From an uncultured cyanobacterium (GTDB lineage Bacteria > Cyanobacteriota > Cyanobacteriia > Cyanobacteriales > CAWUOF01), in assembly GCA_963744145.1 (NCBI GenBank), contig CAVUSO010000001.1, positions 5,568,001 to 5,632,000 of the forward strand: 64,000 bases of DNA. The letters run 5' to 3'. Below, piece after piece: positions 31,451 to 41,709 of the stretch. The position numbers and the translations under genes were made by a program. The notes below the pieces were generated by a model. That model was given only the letters and a program-made list of their open reading frames with translations, did no database searches and was not told the DNA's origin. Position 1 is the stretch's first letter, and each line of letters opens with the position of its first letter.

Positions 31451-32473
31451 TTAAGCACGCATTGCTTTCTTTTTCTCTGCTTTCAAATCACGGTTGTTAC
31501 TTGCTTCTAATTCTGCATCTAACAGAGTTTTTCCGGTAGCCGCTAAGTAAACGTCATCTAAACTAGGACGAGACTGAGCTACACTAAACATGGGTAAACC
31601 TTTGTCCCGCAAAGCTTGTTGAATTGTTAATAGTGCATCACTTTGGGCTTGAACAACTAAATTGAGGGAGTTACCTTGAGCTGTATTGACAATAATGTCT
31701 TGGACGAAAGGTAGAGATTTGAGCATATTTTTTGCTGTTTCAGCTTCAGCAAGGGGAGAAAATTCGCGAATTCGCAACGTAATGCGATCGCCTCCAACTT
31801 GATCTTTTAATTCTGAGGGAGTTCCCGTGGCAATTACTACACCTTTGTCAATGATCGCGACTCGATTAGCTAGAGCATCTATTTCTTCAAGATAGTGGCT
31901 AGTAATCAATACTGTTGTCCCATTATCCCGCAATTGGCGCAGAAAATCCCAGACAATTACACGACTTTCAATATCTAATCCCACCGTAGGTTCGTCTAAA
32001 ATTAGTACATCCGGTTGATGTAGTAATCCCGCAGCTAAATCAAGACGTTTACGCAGTCCTCCCGAATAGGTGCCCGTGCGTTGGTTAGCCCACTGCTGAA
32101 GATTTAATAAAGATAGAATTTGATCAATTCTTGCTCTTGACAGATGCTTAGGTATATGATATATATCTGCTTGTAATTCTAACAATTCTCGGCCAGTCAG
32201 CACTTTGTCTAGAGCAACTTCTTGAGCGACATAACCCAAACGTTGTCTAGCAGCTTTAGGGTTTTTGACCACATCAATTCCAGATACTTGAATTGTACCA
32301 GCATCTGGGCTGGTCAGAGTACATATACAGCGGATCGTAGTAGTTTTTCCCGCACCGTTAGGTCCAAGTAATCCAAAAATTTCCCCAGATTGGATCTCAA
32401 AGGATATGTCTTTAACTGCTTCTACATTACCGTAACGTTTTTGCAGGTTCTGGACGAAAATAGTAGTTGTCAT
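31451..32473 (-). CDS. DrrA-family ABC ATP-binding protein
   Basis: [35 protein letters not shown]. Confidence 0.93.
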   Translation of the reverse strand: MTTTIFVQNLQKRYGNVEAVKDISFEIQSGEIFGLLGPNGAGKTTTIRCICTLTSPDAGTIQVSGIDVVKNPKAARQRLGYVAQEVALDKVLTGRELLELQADIYHIPKHLSRARIDQILSLLNLQQWANQRTGTYSGGLRKRLDLAAGLLHQPDVLILDEPTVGLDIESRVIVWDFLRQLRDNGTTVLITSHYLEEIDALANRVAIIDKGVVIATGTPSELKDQVGGDRITLRIREFSPLAEAETAKNMLKSLPFVQDIIVNTAQGNSLNLVVQAQSDALLTIQQALRDKGLPMFSVAQSRPSLDDVYLAATGKTLLDAELEASNNRDLKAEKKKAMRA

Positions 32474-32668
32474 AGTTATATTTATGGCCTCAGATTTGAT
32501 ACAAATCTCAACAATCTCTGATTATATATTAGTCCAGATGGAAAATTTGTCCTCGTTCAGGTTATAATCTGTTTTTTCCTAGTCTTCCTTCTGAGAGTTG
32601 TCACAGGGACCTGGTGCTAATAAAACTGGGGATTGATCCTAGATCTGATTAAAGAAAAAACAAGCTGC

Positions 32669-33034
32669 TTAAGTAGTTGGGTGATCACCTTGATCACGCT
32701 GATTGAGCAGAATATCAAGAATACGACGATTCTCTAATTGCATTCCGCGAATCTCAGACTGCTGTTGGACGATAATTTCCTGGAGGTGGGTCATTCTTTC
32801 CTGATGTTGAGCGATAATTTCCTGGAAGTGGGTCATGCTTTGGAATAACTGCGATCGCTCTTCGTTTGCTTCTGCTGCTACATTAGCTAGAGATTGAATG
32901 ACTCGCGCATTACTCTCGATCAGACGATCATGTTTTTCAAACAGACGATTATGATCTTCTATTGCACGAGCATTATTTTCTGTCAAACTTGCTAAACGGT
33001 CTAGTCTTTCATCATCCCAACGTTCTGTACTCAT
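32669..33034 (-). CDS. Coiled-coil hypothetical protein
   Basis: ERLDRLA..NARAIE..NARVIQSL..ENRRILDIL; internal MTH(F/L)QEII repeat. Confidence 0.7.
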   Translation of the reverse strand: MSTERWDDERLDRLASLTENNARAIEDHNRLFEKHDRLIESNARVIQSLANVAAEANEERSQLFQSMTHFQEIIAQHQERMTHLQEIIVQQQSEIRGMQLENRRILDILLNQRDQGDHPTT

Positions 33035-33122
33035 ATTTTTTGCTCCTAACTCTAAGTTTAATACTCAATTAAATATTTTATTATATCAAGCCTGACTGAG
33101 CAACTCTAAATTAGTCTAGTTG

Positions 33123-33249
33123 ATCCCAATTTACGGTGAAGTTGCACAGATATAGATCCCCCTTAAAAAGGGGGACTTTGAATTCCGGCTCCCCCTTAAA
33201 AAGGGGGTTGGGGGGATCAATTCTATGCAGCTTCATCAAAAATTGGGAT
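33123..33249. mobile_element. MITE-like element containing CCCCCTTAAAAAGGGGG palindromes
   Basis: Imperfect ~28-bp terminal inverted repeats ATCCCAATTT..TGAAGTTGCACAGA / TCTATGCAGCTTCA..AAATTGGGAT. Confidence 0.75.
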
Positions 33250-33609
33250 GAGTCATAAAATCAATAACATAGTCATAAATAGCACAGTAGAGATCACAAT
33301 ACTATTAACAAATTTTTGAATTGCCAAGATAGAATAATCATGATTAAGTAATTGCTTTCCCATCAAAAATCAAGGGAGTTAAGATCAAATTCTAAAAATG
33401 ATCCTGACGATATATTTTTCATGATCATAATTTTAATTTTATGATAAACTTATATTAATCTAATCATAGGAAAAATTAAATATAATTATGCTTAATCACT
33501 ATTTTAACATTTTATAGAGAAGTTTCCCAGGAGATTAAAGCAAACTTGATCAATGTGTTATAATAGTTTACTGGTTGTCTAAGCAAATATAGCTAATTAG
33601 AAAATATTT

Positions 33610-34563
33610 ATGTCCAAACTATTATTAAGGACAATTAACCCCCGTTTTTATCGAAATCTTTCTTCTTTATTAATCGTTTATAGCATGATTTTTGGTTGCA
33701 CAACGAACATTTCTCAGCCTAATGCTACGGTAAATAGTCATAATTTAACCGGGCAGAGTGAACCAAATTCAGAAGTATTAAAATTAGCAATTATTCCGGC
33801 AATAAGTGCAGATAAACAACAAGAAGAAATGAAAGCTTTATCTAGCTATTTAGAAAAATCTCTAGGAAGAAAAGTGAGCTTTCAGATTACCAAAGATTAT
33901 GATGAAGGAGTTGATTTACTGGTGACAGAAAAAGTTCAAATTGCTTTTTTAGGACCATTAACCTACGTGAAAGCTCGAGCCAGAAATCCTCAATTAGAAG
34001 CGATCGCAGCTCCGATTGATCAAAATACTGGTAGACCTTGGTATACCAGTATAATTGTCGTTGATACTCATAAAAATATCAAAACTTTAGCAGATTTAAA
34101 AGGTAAACGTTTTGGATTTGTGAATAAATCGTCAACATCTGGTTACTTAGTACCAACAGTACATTTAAAAAAGAGCGGGATTGAACCAGAACAAGATTTT
34201 AGCGAAATTAAATATTTTGGTAGTCACGATAAATCAGTTGATGGTTTAGCATCAGGATTAGTCGATGCAATTTCCATTGACTTAGGAGCTTATAATCAGG
34301 GTAAAAAAGATAAAATTAAGTCTGAACAGTACGAGCGGATTTGGGAATCTACACCAATTCCAACATCACCAATTGTTATTTCCACGAAACTTAATCCTCA
34401 GCTAATTTCTGATCTGAAAAAATCATTAATTAATGCACCAGAAGGATTATTAGAGATTGGAGGTACTAAATCAGCAGGATATACATTAGTCCAAGATATG
34501 GATTATGAACCGATTAGACAACTTCAACAGAGTTTTGCAACCACATCCGGTCAAAAAAAATGA
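33610..34563 (+). CDS. PhnD-family phosphate/phosphonate-binding lipoprotein
   Basis: Lipobox IFGC, STSGYLVP, GSHD, DYEPIR. Confidence 0.88.
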   Translation: MSKLLLRTINPRFYRNLSSLLIVYSMIFGCTTNISQPNATVNSHNLTGQSEPNSEVLKLAIIPAISADKQQEEMKALSSYLEKSLGRKVSFQITKDYDEGVDLLVTEKVQIAFLGPLTYVKARARNPQLEAIAAPIDQNTGRPWYTSIIVVDTHKNIKTLADLKGKRFGFVNKSSTSGYLVPTVHLKKSGIEPEQDFSEIKYFGSHDKSVDGLASGLVDAISIDLGAYNQGKKDKIKSEQYERIWESTPIPTSPIVISTKLNPQLISDLKKSLINAPEGLLEIGGTKSAGYTLVQDMDYEPIRQLQQSFATTSGQKK

Positions 34564-36374
34564 AAATTTGGCAAAAATTTATTGGTTCTTCTTTAATCGT
34601 AGCTGGATTAGTATCTGGTCTAATGGGTGGTAGTGCTTTGATCAGCAGACAAGCAGAAAGATCCGCAGAAATTAGTCGAGATCAAACGATTAGAGCGCTG
34701 ACTATTTCCTTAAATTTGCAACTTTACTTAAGAGACCAGACTTTAGCATTAAAAGATTTTATTTTATTAAATCGGAATAGCTTAGATTTAGCAGAGTATG
34801 AAAAATCTCTGTCTAAGTTTATGACTAATATCAATGAACTCAAAGTATTGATACCAGATTCTACTGACTTAGCAATTATTGATAAACGTCATCAATTTTT
34901 AGTCCGGTTAGCTAATGAAATTAGTAATAATCCTACTACTTTAGAAAAATCCCAACAAGACCTCCGGGCGATTAATTCTTTTAATAAGGATATTGATTTT
35001 TATCTAGATTTGCTGACTAAAAATGCTCAAAAACAAGATGAATTAGCTAAAAAACAATTAGAAATAGTTAAACAAAATACTAGCTTTATTAGCCAATTAG
35101 GCTTAATTATTATCCTATTAGTTTTTATCGGTCAGTTTGTGTTTATCTTACTACCAGTTATTAAGTCTATTCAAAAATTATACTTAGGAGCAATCACAAT
35201 TGGAGCCGGTAATTTAGATTATCGTTTCGATATTCATACCAAAGATGAAATTGCTCAACTTGCTGATGAATTCAATCAGATGGCAAAAAAACTATCGGAA
35301 TTTTATCATTCTTTGGAATTAAAGGTAATAGATCGGACTGCTGAACTAGTCCGAGTGAACCAAAATTTAGAAACGGAAATTGCCGAACGTAAGCTAATGG
35401 AAAATGCTCTCCGGGAATCAGAAGAAAGGGAACGTCATAAAAATAAACAGATTGAACAAACTTTGCATGAATTAAAAAAAGCTCAATCCCAATTAATTCA
35501 AACTGAAAAGATGTCTAGTTTGGGGCAATTAGTAGCAGGTATTGCCCATGAAATCAATAATCCAGTTAATTTTATTTATGGCAATCTCAATTATACTAAT
35601 CAATATATTGAAGATTTATTAGCAATGATTGCGCTTTATCAAAAGCACTATCCTCAACCTCCTTTAGAAATTCAGGAGCATACAGAAGAGATCGAATTTA
35701 ACTTTTTACTCGCAGATTTGCCCAAAATGCTAGAATCCATGAAAGGTGGGGCTGAACGTATCCGTCAAATTGTGCTGAGTCTGAGAAATTTTTCTCGTCT
35801 TGATGAATCAGATATGAAATTAGTAGATATCCATACCGGAATAGAGAGTACATTATTAATCTTACAAAGTCGCTTGAAAAATCGACAAGAAGGTAATAAA
35901 ATTAAACTGATTAAAGAATATGGTAATTTACCAGAGGTAGAGTGCTATGCGGGACAACTAAATCAAGTTTTTCTCAATATTCTCAATAATGCAATTGATG
36001 CTTTAGAGAGCGATCGCAGTTTTTCAAAAGCAGAAAACAACTATTCTGGGCAAATTAAAATTCGCACCTTACTGGTAAATTCTACAGAAATTGCTGTGAT
36101 CATTGCAGACAATGGTGCTGGAATGACGGAAGAAGTCAAAAACCGACTATTTGACCCTTTTTTTACTACTAAACCTGTGGGTAAAGGGACAGGATTAGGG
36201 TTATCAATTAGCTATCAGATTATTGTCGAAAAACATGGAGGAATATTACGGTGTGAGTCAGAATTAGGAAAAGGTACAGAATTTTGGCTCCAAATTCCAA
36301 TCAAGCAAACCCAAAAAAGCCCCAGTCATGATGTTGACAATCATCATCAAAAAGAGCTATCTTATTTACATTAA
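34560..36374 (+). CDS. Membrane sensor histidine kinase (2 TM, HAMP, HisKA, HATPase)
   Basis: DEIAQLADEFNQM, EKMSSLGQLVAGIAHEINNP, NAIDA, DNGAG, FFTTKPVGKGTGLGL. Confidence 0.95.
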   Translation: MKIWQKFIGSSLIVAGLVSGLMGGSALISRQAERSAEISRDQTIRALTISLNLQLYLRDQTLALKDFILLNRNSLDLAEYEKSLSKFMTNINELKVLIPDSTDLAIIDKRHQFLVRLANEISNNPTTLEKSQQDLRAINSFNKDIDFYLDLLTKNAQKQDELAKKQLEIVKQNTSFISQLGLIIILLVFIGQFVFILLPVIKSIQKLYLGAITIGAGNLDYRFDIHTKDEIAQLADEFNQMAKKLSEFYHSLELKVIDRTAELVRVNQNLETEIAERKLMENALRESEERERHKNKQIEQTLHELKKAQSQLIQTEKMSSLGQLVAGIAHEINNPVNFIYGNLNYTNQYIEDLLAMIALYQKHYPQPPLEIQEHTEEIEFNFLLADLPKMLESMKGGAERIRQIVLSLRNFSRLDESDMKLVDIHTGIESTLLILQSRLKNRQEGNKIKLIKEYGNLPEVECYAGQLNQVFLNILNNAIDALESDRSFSKAENNYSGQIKIRTLLVNSTEIAVIIADNGAGMTEEVKNRLFDPFFTTKPVGKGTGLGLSISYQIIVEKHGGILRCESELGKGTEFWLQIPIKQTQKSPSHDVDNHHQKELSYLH

Positions 36375-36389
36375 CATTACCACTTTATT

Positions 36390-36830
36390 ATGACTATTTA
36401 TTTCTATAGTACCCGCGATCGCTATGGTTGCTTTTCTAACTTTTCCTCCCACGGATTTGAATTAGATGGACTCTATTGGGTAACGAGTGAACACTATTTT
36501 CAAGCCCAAAAATTTGTGGGAACACCTCATTTGGAAAAAATTCGACAAGCAAAAACCCCTAAAGATGCTGCCCAAATGGGACGCGATCGACAAAGACCTC
36601 TCCGTTCTGATTGGGAAGCAGTAAAAGATCAGATCATGTATCAAGCAGTGCTACGCAAATTTGCAACTCATCCAGATATTAGAGAAATACTGTTATCGAC
36701 AGAAGATGAAGAAATTGTCGAAAATTCTCCCATTGATTATTATTGGGGTTGTGGTGCAGATGGAAGTGGCAAAAATCGGTTAGGAGAAATCTTAATGTCG
36801 GTCAGAAAAACCTTACGTGAACACTTGTGA
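36390..36830 (+). CDS. NADAR (YbiA-like) family protein
   Basis: FSNF, TSEHYFQAQKF, DYYWGCGADGSGKNRLGEILM. Confidence 0.93.
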   Translation: MTIYFYSTRDRYGCFSNFSSHGFELDGLYWVTSEHYFQAQKFVGTPHLEKIRQAKTPKDAAQMGRDRQRPLRSDWEAVKDQIMYQAVLRKFATHPDIREILLSTEDEEIVENSPIDYYWGCGADGSGKNRLGEILMSVRKTLREHL

Positions 36831-36981
36831 GTTAGGCAAAAAAATGTTATTTTGTAAAAATAATTCAGTTTTTACCAAATTTATACGGATTAATCTAATT
36901 TCTACTCCAAGTTGTGGTATAGGTAAATAGAATAAGATGGCAAGCTCAATGTTCACGACTTGTAATAGAGATCAATAAATT

Positions 36982-37356
36982 ATGTCAACATTGTTTGAAA
37001 AGCTCGGTGGGTCTAATGCTGTTACCCTAGCAGTAGATAAGTTCTATGAGCGTGTATTGAATGATGAGCGAGTGAAGCACTTTTTTGTAGGGGTAGACAT
37101 GGCTAAACAAAAAGCTCATCAACGGGCTTTTTTGACCTATGCTTTTGGAGGAGCGGGGAAATATGATGGAAATACCATGCGTAAAGCTCATCAAAAGTTA
37201 GTAGAAGAACAAGGTCTAAGTGGAGAACATTTTGATGCGATCGCCGAAGATTTGATCGCAACTCTCCAAGAGTTAGGAATCCCTCAGAATTTAATTGATG
37301 AAGTAGCAGCAATTGCTGGGAGTCCGAGCCATCGTCGGGATGTACTTAATCAGTAA
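36982..37356 (+). CDS. glbN: Group I truncated hemoglobin (cyanoglobin)
   Basis: STLFEKLGG..AVDKFYERVLND..QKAHQRAFLTYAFGG..MRKAH..HFDAIAEDL..HRRDVLNQ. Confidence 0.93.
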   Translation: MSTLFEKLGGSNAVTLAVDKFYERVLNDERVKHFFVGVDMAKQKAHQRAFLTYAFGGAGKYDGNTMRKAHQKLVEEQGLSGEHFDAIAEDLIATLQELGIPQNLIDEVAAIAGSPSHRRDVLNQ

Positions 37357-37442
37357 GTTTGGCTCTTGGTGAGAATGCTCGCGATCGCTCATCATCTTTG
37401 GTAGCGATCGGTATATTACTAAATATTAAAATCTAAAAGTTA

Positions 37443-37838
37443 TTAATTTGATTTACCATCACTACCAAAATACTCCCGATAAGCAGAAACTTGATTACCA
37501 CTAATATCAAAAGAAATAGCAATGCGATTTTTATATAGTTCTCCTCTCATTTTTCCTTCGTCACGAAACTCGAAAACAACTGTAGTCTCATTGCTAGTAA
37601 CTCGGTCTAAAGTTACCGATAGTCCCCCACTAAAAGTTTCCGAAACAAAACCTACAAATTCACGAAATTTATCTTTACCAACGTTTAAACCATGATATTT
37701 ACCCATGGGAAACCAAAAGGTAAAATCTTCAGTGAGCATATCTATAAACAAATTCCAGTTTCCTGTTTCTAACCCATGAGTAAAGTGAGTAAATGCTTGC
37801 TGACCAATTGCTAGGGTCTGCTGTTGTGATCCGGTCAT
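37443..37838 (-). CDS. NTF2/SnoaL-like protein
   Basis: TVVFEFRDEG..YKNRIAISFD..YREYFG. Confidence 0.85.
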   Translation of the reverse strand: MTGSQQQTLAIGQQAFTHFTHGLETGNWNLFIDMLTEDFTFWFPMGKYHGLNVGKDKFREFVGFVSETFSGGLSVTLDRVTSNETTVVFEFRDEGKMRGELYKNRIAISFDISGNQVSAYREYFGSDGKSN

Positions 37839-38377
37839 GATTTTCTCAGTTTATTATTTTACCTATTTAAAATATCATACATTCTCGCGATCGCCCTTTT
37901 ACTTATTCTCAACTTGATTCTGTCTGGATACATTATGTAAACGCATAAATTTTTTATGAATGCACAAAGTGAGAGTTTTGTCAATTTTTTTTGATCAGCG
38001 TACTCTCGTAAAAATACGGATATATTAAGTTATTTAAATCATGAATAAGAGTCTAGTACCATATTATATTTCAGATCAAGACTAAAATTAGCATAACTTT
38101 AGTTAATGGATCGAAACCAAAAAATTAAATAAAAATTTATAAATTCTGATCGACTTTATTGTAGCAATAATAGCTAAAATAGGGTTATACTTTTGGAAGA
38201 GCAATGAAATTAAAGTCAGGGCTTGCCAAAAATGAAGTTTCGTAAAAGTAAGTTGAGGTAATTTGAAATTTTAAAAAAAAGTTAAATATGATTGCTAATT
38301 ACTTACTTTTGTAAAGAATATTGATGGCAAAAATATTTAATCCAAAAGTAAAGGAATCCGCAAAGCAGGAGATAAAT

Positions 38378-38743
38378 ATGAAACAGATTTTGGTGGTAGA
38401 TGATTCATCGACCATGCGTCGCATGGTGATGGCATCATTGCAAAATTTGCAAGATGTAAAGTTTGATCAAGCTAGCAATGGTTTAGAAGCAGTCGAACAA
38501 TTGGCCATGAAAGTATTCGATTTGATGATTCTCGACTTAAATATGCCGGAGATGCACGGTATGGATGTGCTTAAGTTTGTGCGTGAGCATAATAATTTTA
38601 AGCAAATTCCCATTATTGTACTCAGCACAAAAGGAGATAACTTTACCCAGATCACGGCTATTACTGCGGGGGCATCACACTATATGACTAAACCTTTTGA
38701 GCCACAAATTCTGGCGGAACAGGTCAAGGCTTTATTAGAATAA
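38378..38743 (+). CDS. cheY: CheY-like response regulator
   Basis: ILVVDDS, LDLNMPEMHG, LST, TKPF; GGAG upstream of ATG 38378. Confidence 0.9.
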   Translation: MKQILVVDDSSTMRRMVMASLQNLQDVKFDQASNGLEAVEQLAMKVFDLMILDLNMPEMHGMDVLKFVREHNNFKQIPIIVLSTKGDNFTQITAITAGASHYMTKPFEPQILAEQVKALLE

Positions 38744-38937
38744 ACAAAATCAATTCAAACATCATCACGCCAATGACCAGCAAGTGAGGTGAAGCGATCG
38801 CAGATAAAAATGCCAAAATCGGTGACTTGAGTTTGGGTAGATCCAAGTTCTTGCTGAATCAAAACAAGGTTGGGAGTGTTCACCAAGTAATTAGACAGCA
38901 AAAACTTGTGGAATGCAGAGGATTTATCGTAGTAGCT

Positions 38938-41118
38938 ATGGCGGAAACAAACAATTTTTTTGCTGAATTTCTTGATGATTACTTTGCGGAATGCGACGAA
39001 CATTTGACCCTAATCCGGCGCAACTTACTTGCTATTGATCACCAACTAGAAAAAGGAGAGATAGAACCACAAACTCTCGAAGAAATGCTGCGAAGCTTTC
39101 ACTCGCTTAAAGGATTATCAGGGATGGTAAGTGTTAAAGAAGCCGAGCAATTATCCCATCAAATCGAAAGCTATTTACGAGGACTGCGATCGCAAGAAAT
39201 CATCGTAAATACTGAGGGAATTAATATTTTAATAGCGGGCATCAAGATGCTAGAATTAGTCATCAATAATCGTCGCGCTAACCAACCTGCTCCCGATATT
39301 AACCCAGTTTTGGTCCAACTAGAAAAACTGTTCCCAAAACCAGCAGAAGAGTCAGGATTGATGCGCTCAGAGCCAATAGCTAGTCATCAATCTGATGCTG
39401 ATGCAATTGGACTCAGGGATGTGCTAACAACTATTACCCCAAAAATCCCAGAAATTGATTTTCAACTTTCCCCCCAAGAAACCCAGAAAATCGAAGCAGC
39501 GATCGCCCTAAAAGAACGAATTTTTCACTTTGAGTTTTCACCAATATCAGAGCGAGTTGAACAAGGGATAAACGTCAACAATATTCGGGCTCGGTTACAG
39601 TCGATCGGCACCATTATTCATGCAGCACCTCGGGTCAAATCTGGGGATGGAATAGTGTTTGATTTTTTAGTAGCAACTTCAGGAGAAGAAACCGATTTTG
39701 CCCATTGGAAACAAGACGGATTACTTTATGAAATTTGGCAAATAGCACCCCAAGCACAGCCCGAAAACATCAGCCAAAACAGCCAAAAAACCACCGGAGA
39801 ATTAGCATCAGAAACAGATTTTACCACCAACACAATTACTACTGAAATTACTAAAAAAACTGCTTCAGTAGCAAGCAACGTAGTTCGAGTAGATTTAGCG
39901 AGACTAGATGAACTCATGCGAATAGTTGGGGAATTAGTAATTAGTCGCGCTCGCTTAGAAGATCACATTAAAAATCTCGCAGCAACTCTCAATGTACCAC
40001 AATTACGACCCTTACGAGAAAGCAACCAAGCCATAGAAAGACAATTGCGAGATTTGCGATCGAGCGTCATGAGAGTACGTCTAGTGCCGATCGGAGAATT
40101 ATTTGCGCGGATGCAATTTGCTGTGCGAGATTTAGCCAGAGAAAATCACAAAAAAGTTGTGGTAGAAGTGAGTGGAGAACAAACAGAAATCGACAAATTT
40201 GTAGTCGAAAGGATGATTGATCCGCTCCTCCATTTAGTGCGAAATGCAGTTGGTCACGGGTTAGAAACAGAAGCAGAAAGGGTGCGTGGTGGTAAATCCC
40301 CCGAAGGGAAACTAACTTTACGAGCTTTAACCGCTGGAGAAACAGTCATAATTCAAGTTGAAGATGATGGTAGAGGAATTGATGCTCAAAAGATCACTGA
40401 ACGTGCGGTGAAATTGGGGTTAATGAATGAAACTGAAAGAAAAGCAGCTCTAACCGTTTTAACTGAAGATGGAAATCAGGAAATTTTAGGAGGATTATTA
40501 CAAACAACCATCCTCGATATTTTGTGCTATCCAGGTTTTTCAATTCGGGAAAAAGCTGATTTAACTAGCGGACGGGGAGTGGGGATGACGATCGTTAAAA
40601 ATACAGTCCAAGAATTAGGAGGAATGATTACTCTCAATACTCATCCCGATCTCGGTACTCGGTTTACCATTCAATTACCTTTAACCTTAGCCATAGCTGA
40701 TGCTTTAATAGTTACTGTTGGTGAACAAACCTTTGCTGTACCTGAATCATTAGTTTTAGAAGTGATCGATATTCGCTCTGAAAAAATTGTGGTTTTAGAA
40801 AATAACGAAATCATTTCCTATCGCCATAGTGTTTTGCCCATAATTAGTCTGAGTAAATTCTTTAACATCAACGCAACTGCCCAAAAACCAGGTTATGTAT
40901 TTGTGGTTGGTACTAGAAACAATAATGATCGTTATTGTCATCATCTGCTGGGAATCGGAGTCGATCGCATTCTCGGAATGCGGGAAATAGTTGTACTTCC
41001 TCTCACCGATCCTCTAGTGCAAGTTCCTGGTATTTCTGGAGCTACTGAATTAGGAGATAGACAGGTAGTTTTAATCCTTGATCCTGGGGCAATTGGCAAA
41101 ATTAAAATCCAAAATTAA
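38938..41118 (+). CDS. cheA: Chemotaxis histidine kinase CheA (no fused receiver domain)
   Basis: HPt RSFHSLKG, VRVDLARLDELM, HLVRNAVGHG, SGRGVGM, LPLTLAI, C-terminal CheW domain. Confidence 0.95.
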   Translation: MAETNNFFAEFLDDYFAECDEHLTLIRRNLLAIDHQLEKGEIEPQTLEEMLRSFHSLKGLSGMVSVKEAEQLSHQIESYLRGLRSQEIIVNTEGINILIAGIKMLELVINNRRANQPAPDINPVLVQLEKLFPKPAEESGLMRSEPIASHQSDADAIGLRDVLTTITPKIPEIDFQLSPQETQKIEAAIALKERIFHFEFSPISERVEQGINVNNIRARLQSIGTIIHAAPRVKSGDGIVFDFLVATSGEETDFAHWKQDGLLYEIWQIAPQAQPENISQNSQKTTGELASETDFTTNTITTEITKKTASVASNVVRVDLARLDELMRIVGELVISRARLEDHIKNLAATLNVPQLRPLRESNQAIERQLRDLRSSVMRVRLVPIGELFARMQFAVRDLARENHKKVVVEVSGEQTEIDKFVVERMIDPLLHLVRNAVGHGLETEAERVRGGKSPEGKLTLRALTAGETVIIQVEDDGRGIDAQKITERAVKLGLMNETERKAALTVLTEDGNQEILGGLLQTTILDILCYPGFSIREKADLTSGRGVGMTIVKNTVQELGGMITLNTHPDLGTRFTIQLPLTLAIADALIVTVGEQTFAVPESLVLEVIDIRSEKIVVLENNEIISYRHSVLPIISLSKFFNINATAQKPGYVFVVGTRNNNDRYCHHLLGIGVDRILGMREIVVLPLTDPLVQVPGISGATELGDRQVVLILDPGAIGKIKIQN

Positions 41119-41196
41119 CTGTGAAAAATCATTTTTGCCTCCGCTTTAATTTTGGATATTTTTATCAAAAGATTGGGTAAATTACGATGAATACAG

Positions 41197-41694
41197 TTGA
41201 GTCAAATTATGTTAAATCCTGACCATGCCCAAACTGAACAAACAACTTTCATTTTATTTGAGCTAGCAGATACCATCTATGGAATTCAGTCCCAAATAGT
41301 CCAACAAATGGAAATGGTAGAGAGAATTACCCCCGTTCCTAATACTCCCGACTTTGTGGAAGGATTAGTTTTTTCTCGCGGTCAAGTAATTCCAGCGATT
41401 GATTTGCGGGTAAGATTTGGATTTAAAAAAATACCTTACGATACCCGATCGCGGTTAATTGTCATTCATACCAGCAACCGGACTGTTGGATTAATCGCCG
41501 ATACAGCTAGAGAATTTGTGACCATTTCTAGTAATATTATTATGCCACCTCCCGAAGGAATTTCTGGATTAAGCAGCAAATATTTAGTCGGAGTAGCTAA
41601 TTTATCTGACCGTCTAATCTTGATTGTCAATCCGGCTGAATTAATCAATATTATAGAGCCAATATCATCAAGCATAAAAATCAGCTCAAACTAA
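41197..41694 (+). CDS. cheW: CheW coupling protein
   Basis: ITPVPNTPDFVEGLVFSRGQVIPAIDLR, VGLIAD. Confidence 0.93.
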   Translation: MSQIMLNPDHAQTEQTTFILFELADTIYGIQSQIVQQMEMVERITPVPNTPDFVEGLVFSRGQVIPAIDLRVRFGFKKIPYDTRSRLIVIHTSNRTVGLIADTAREFVTISSNIIMPPPEGISGLSSKYLVGVANLSDRLILIVNPAELINIIEPISSSIKISSN

Positions 41695-41709
41695 GGAGAA
41701 TCATTAACT

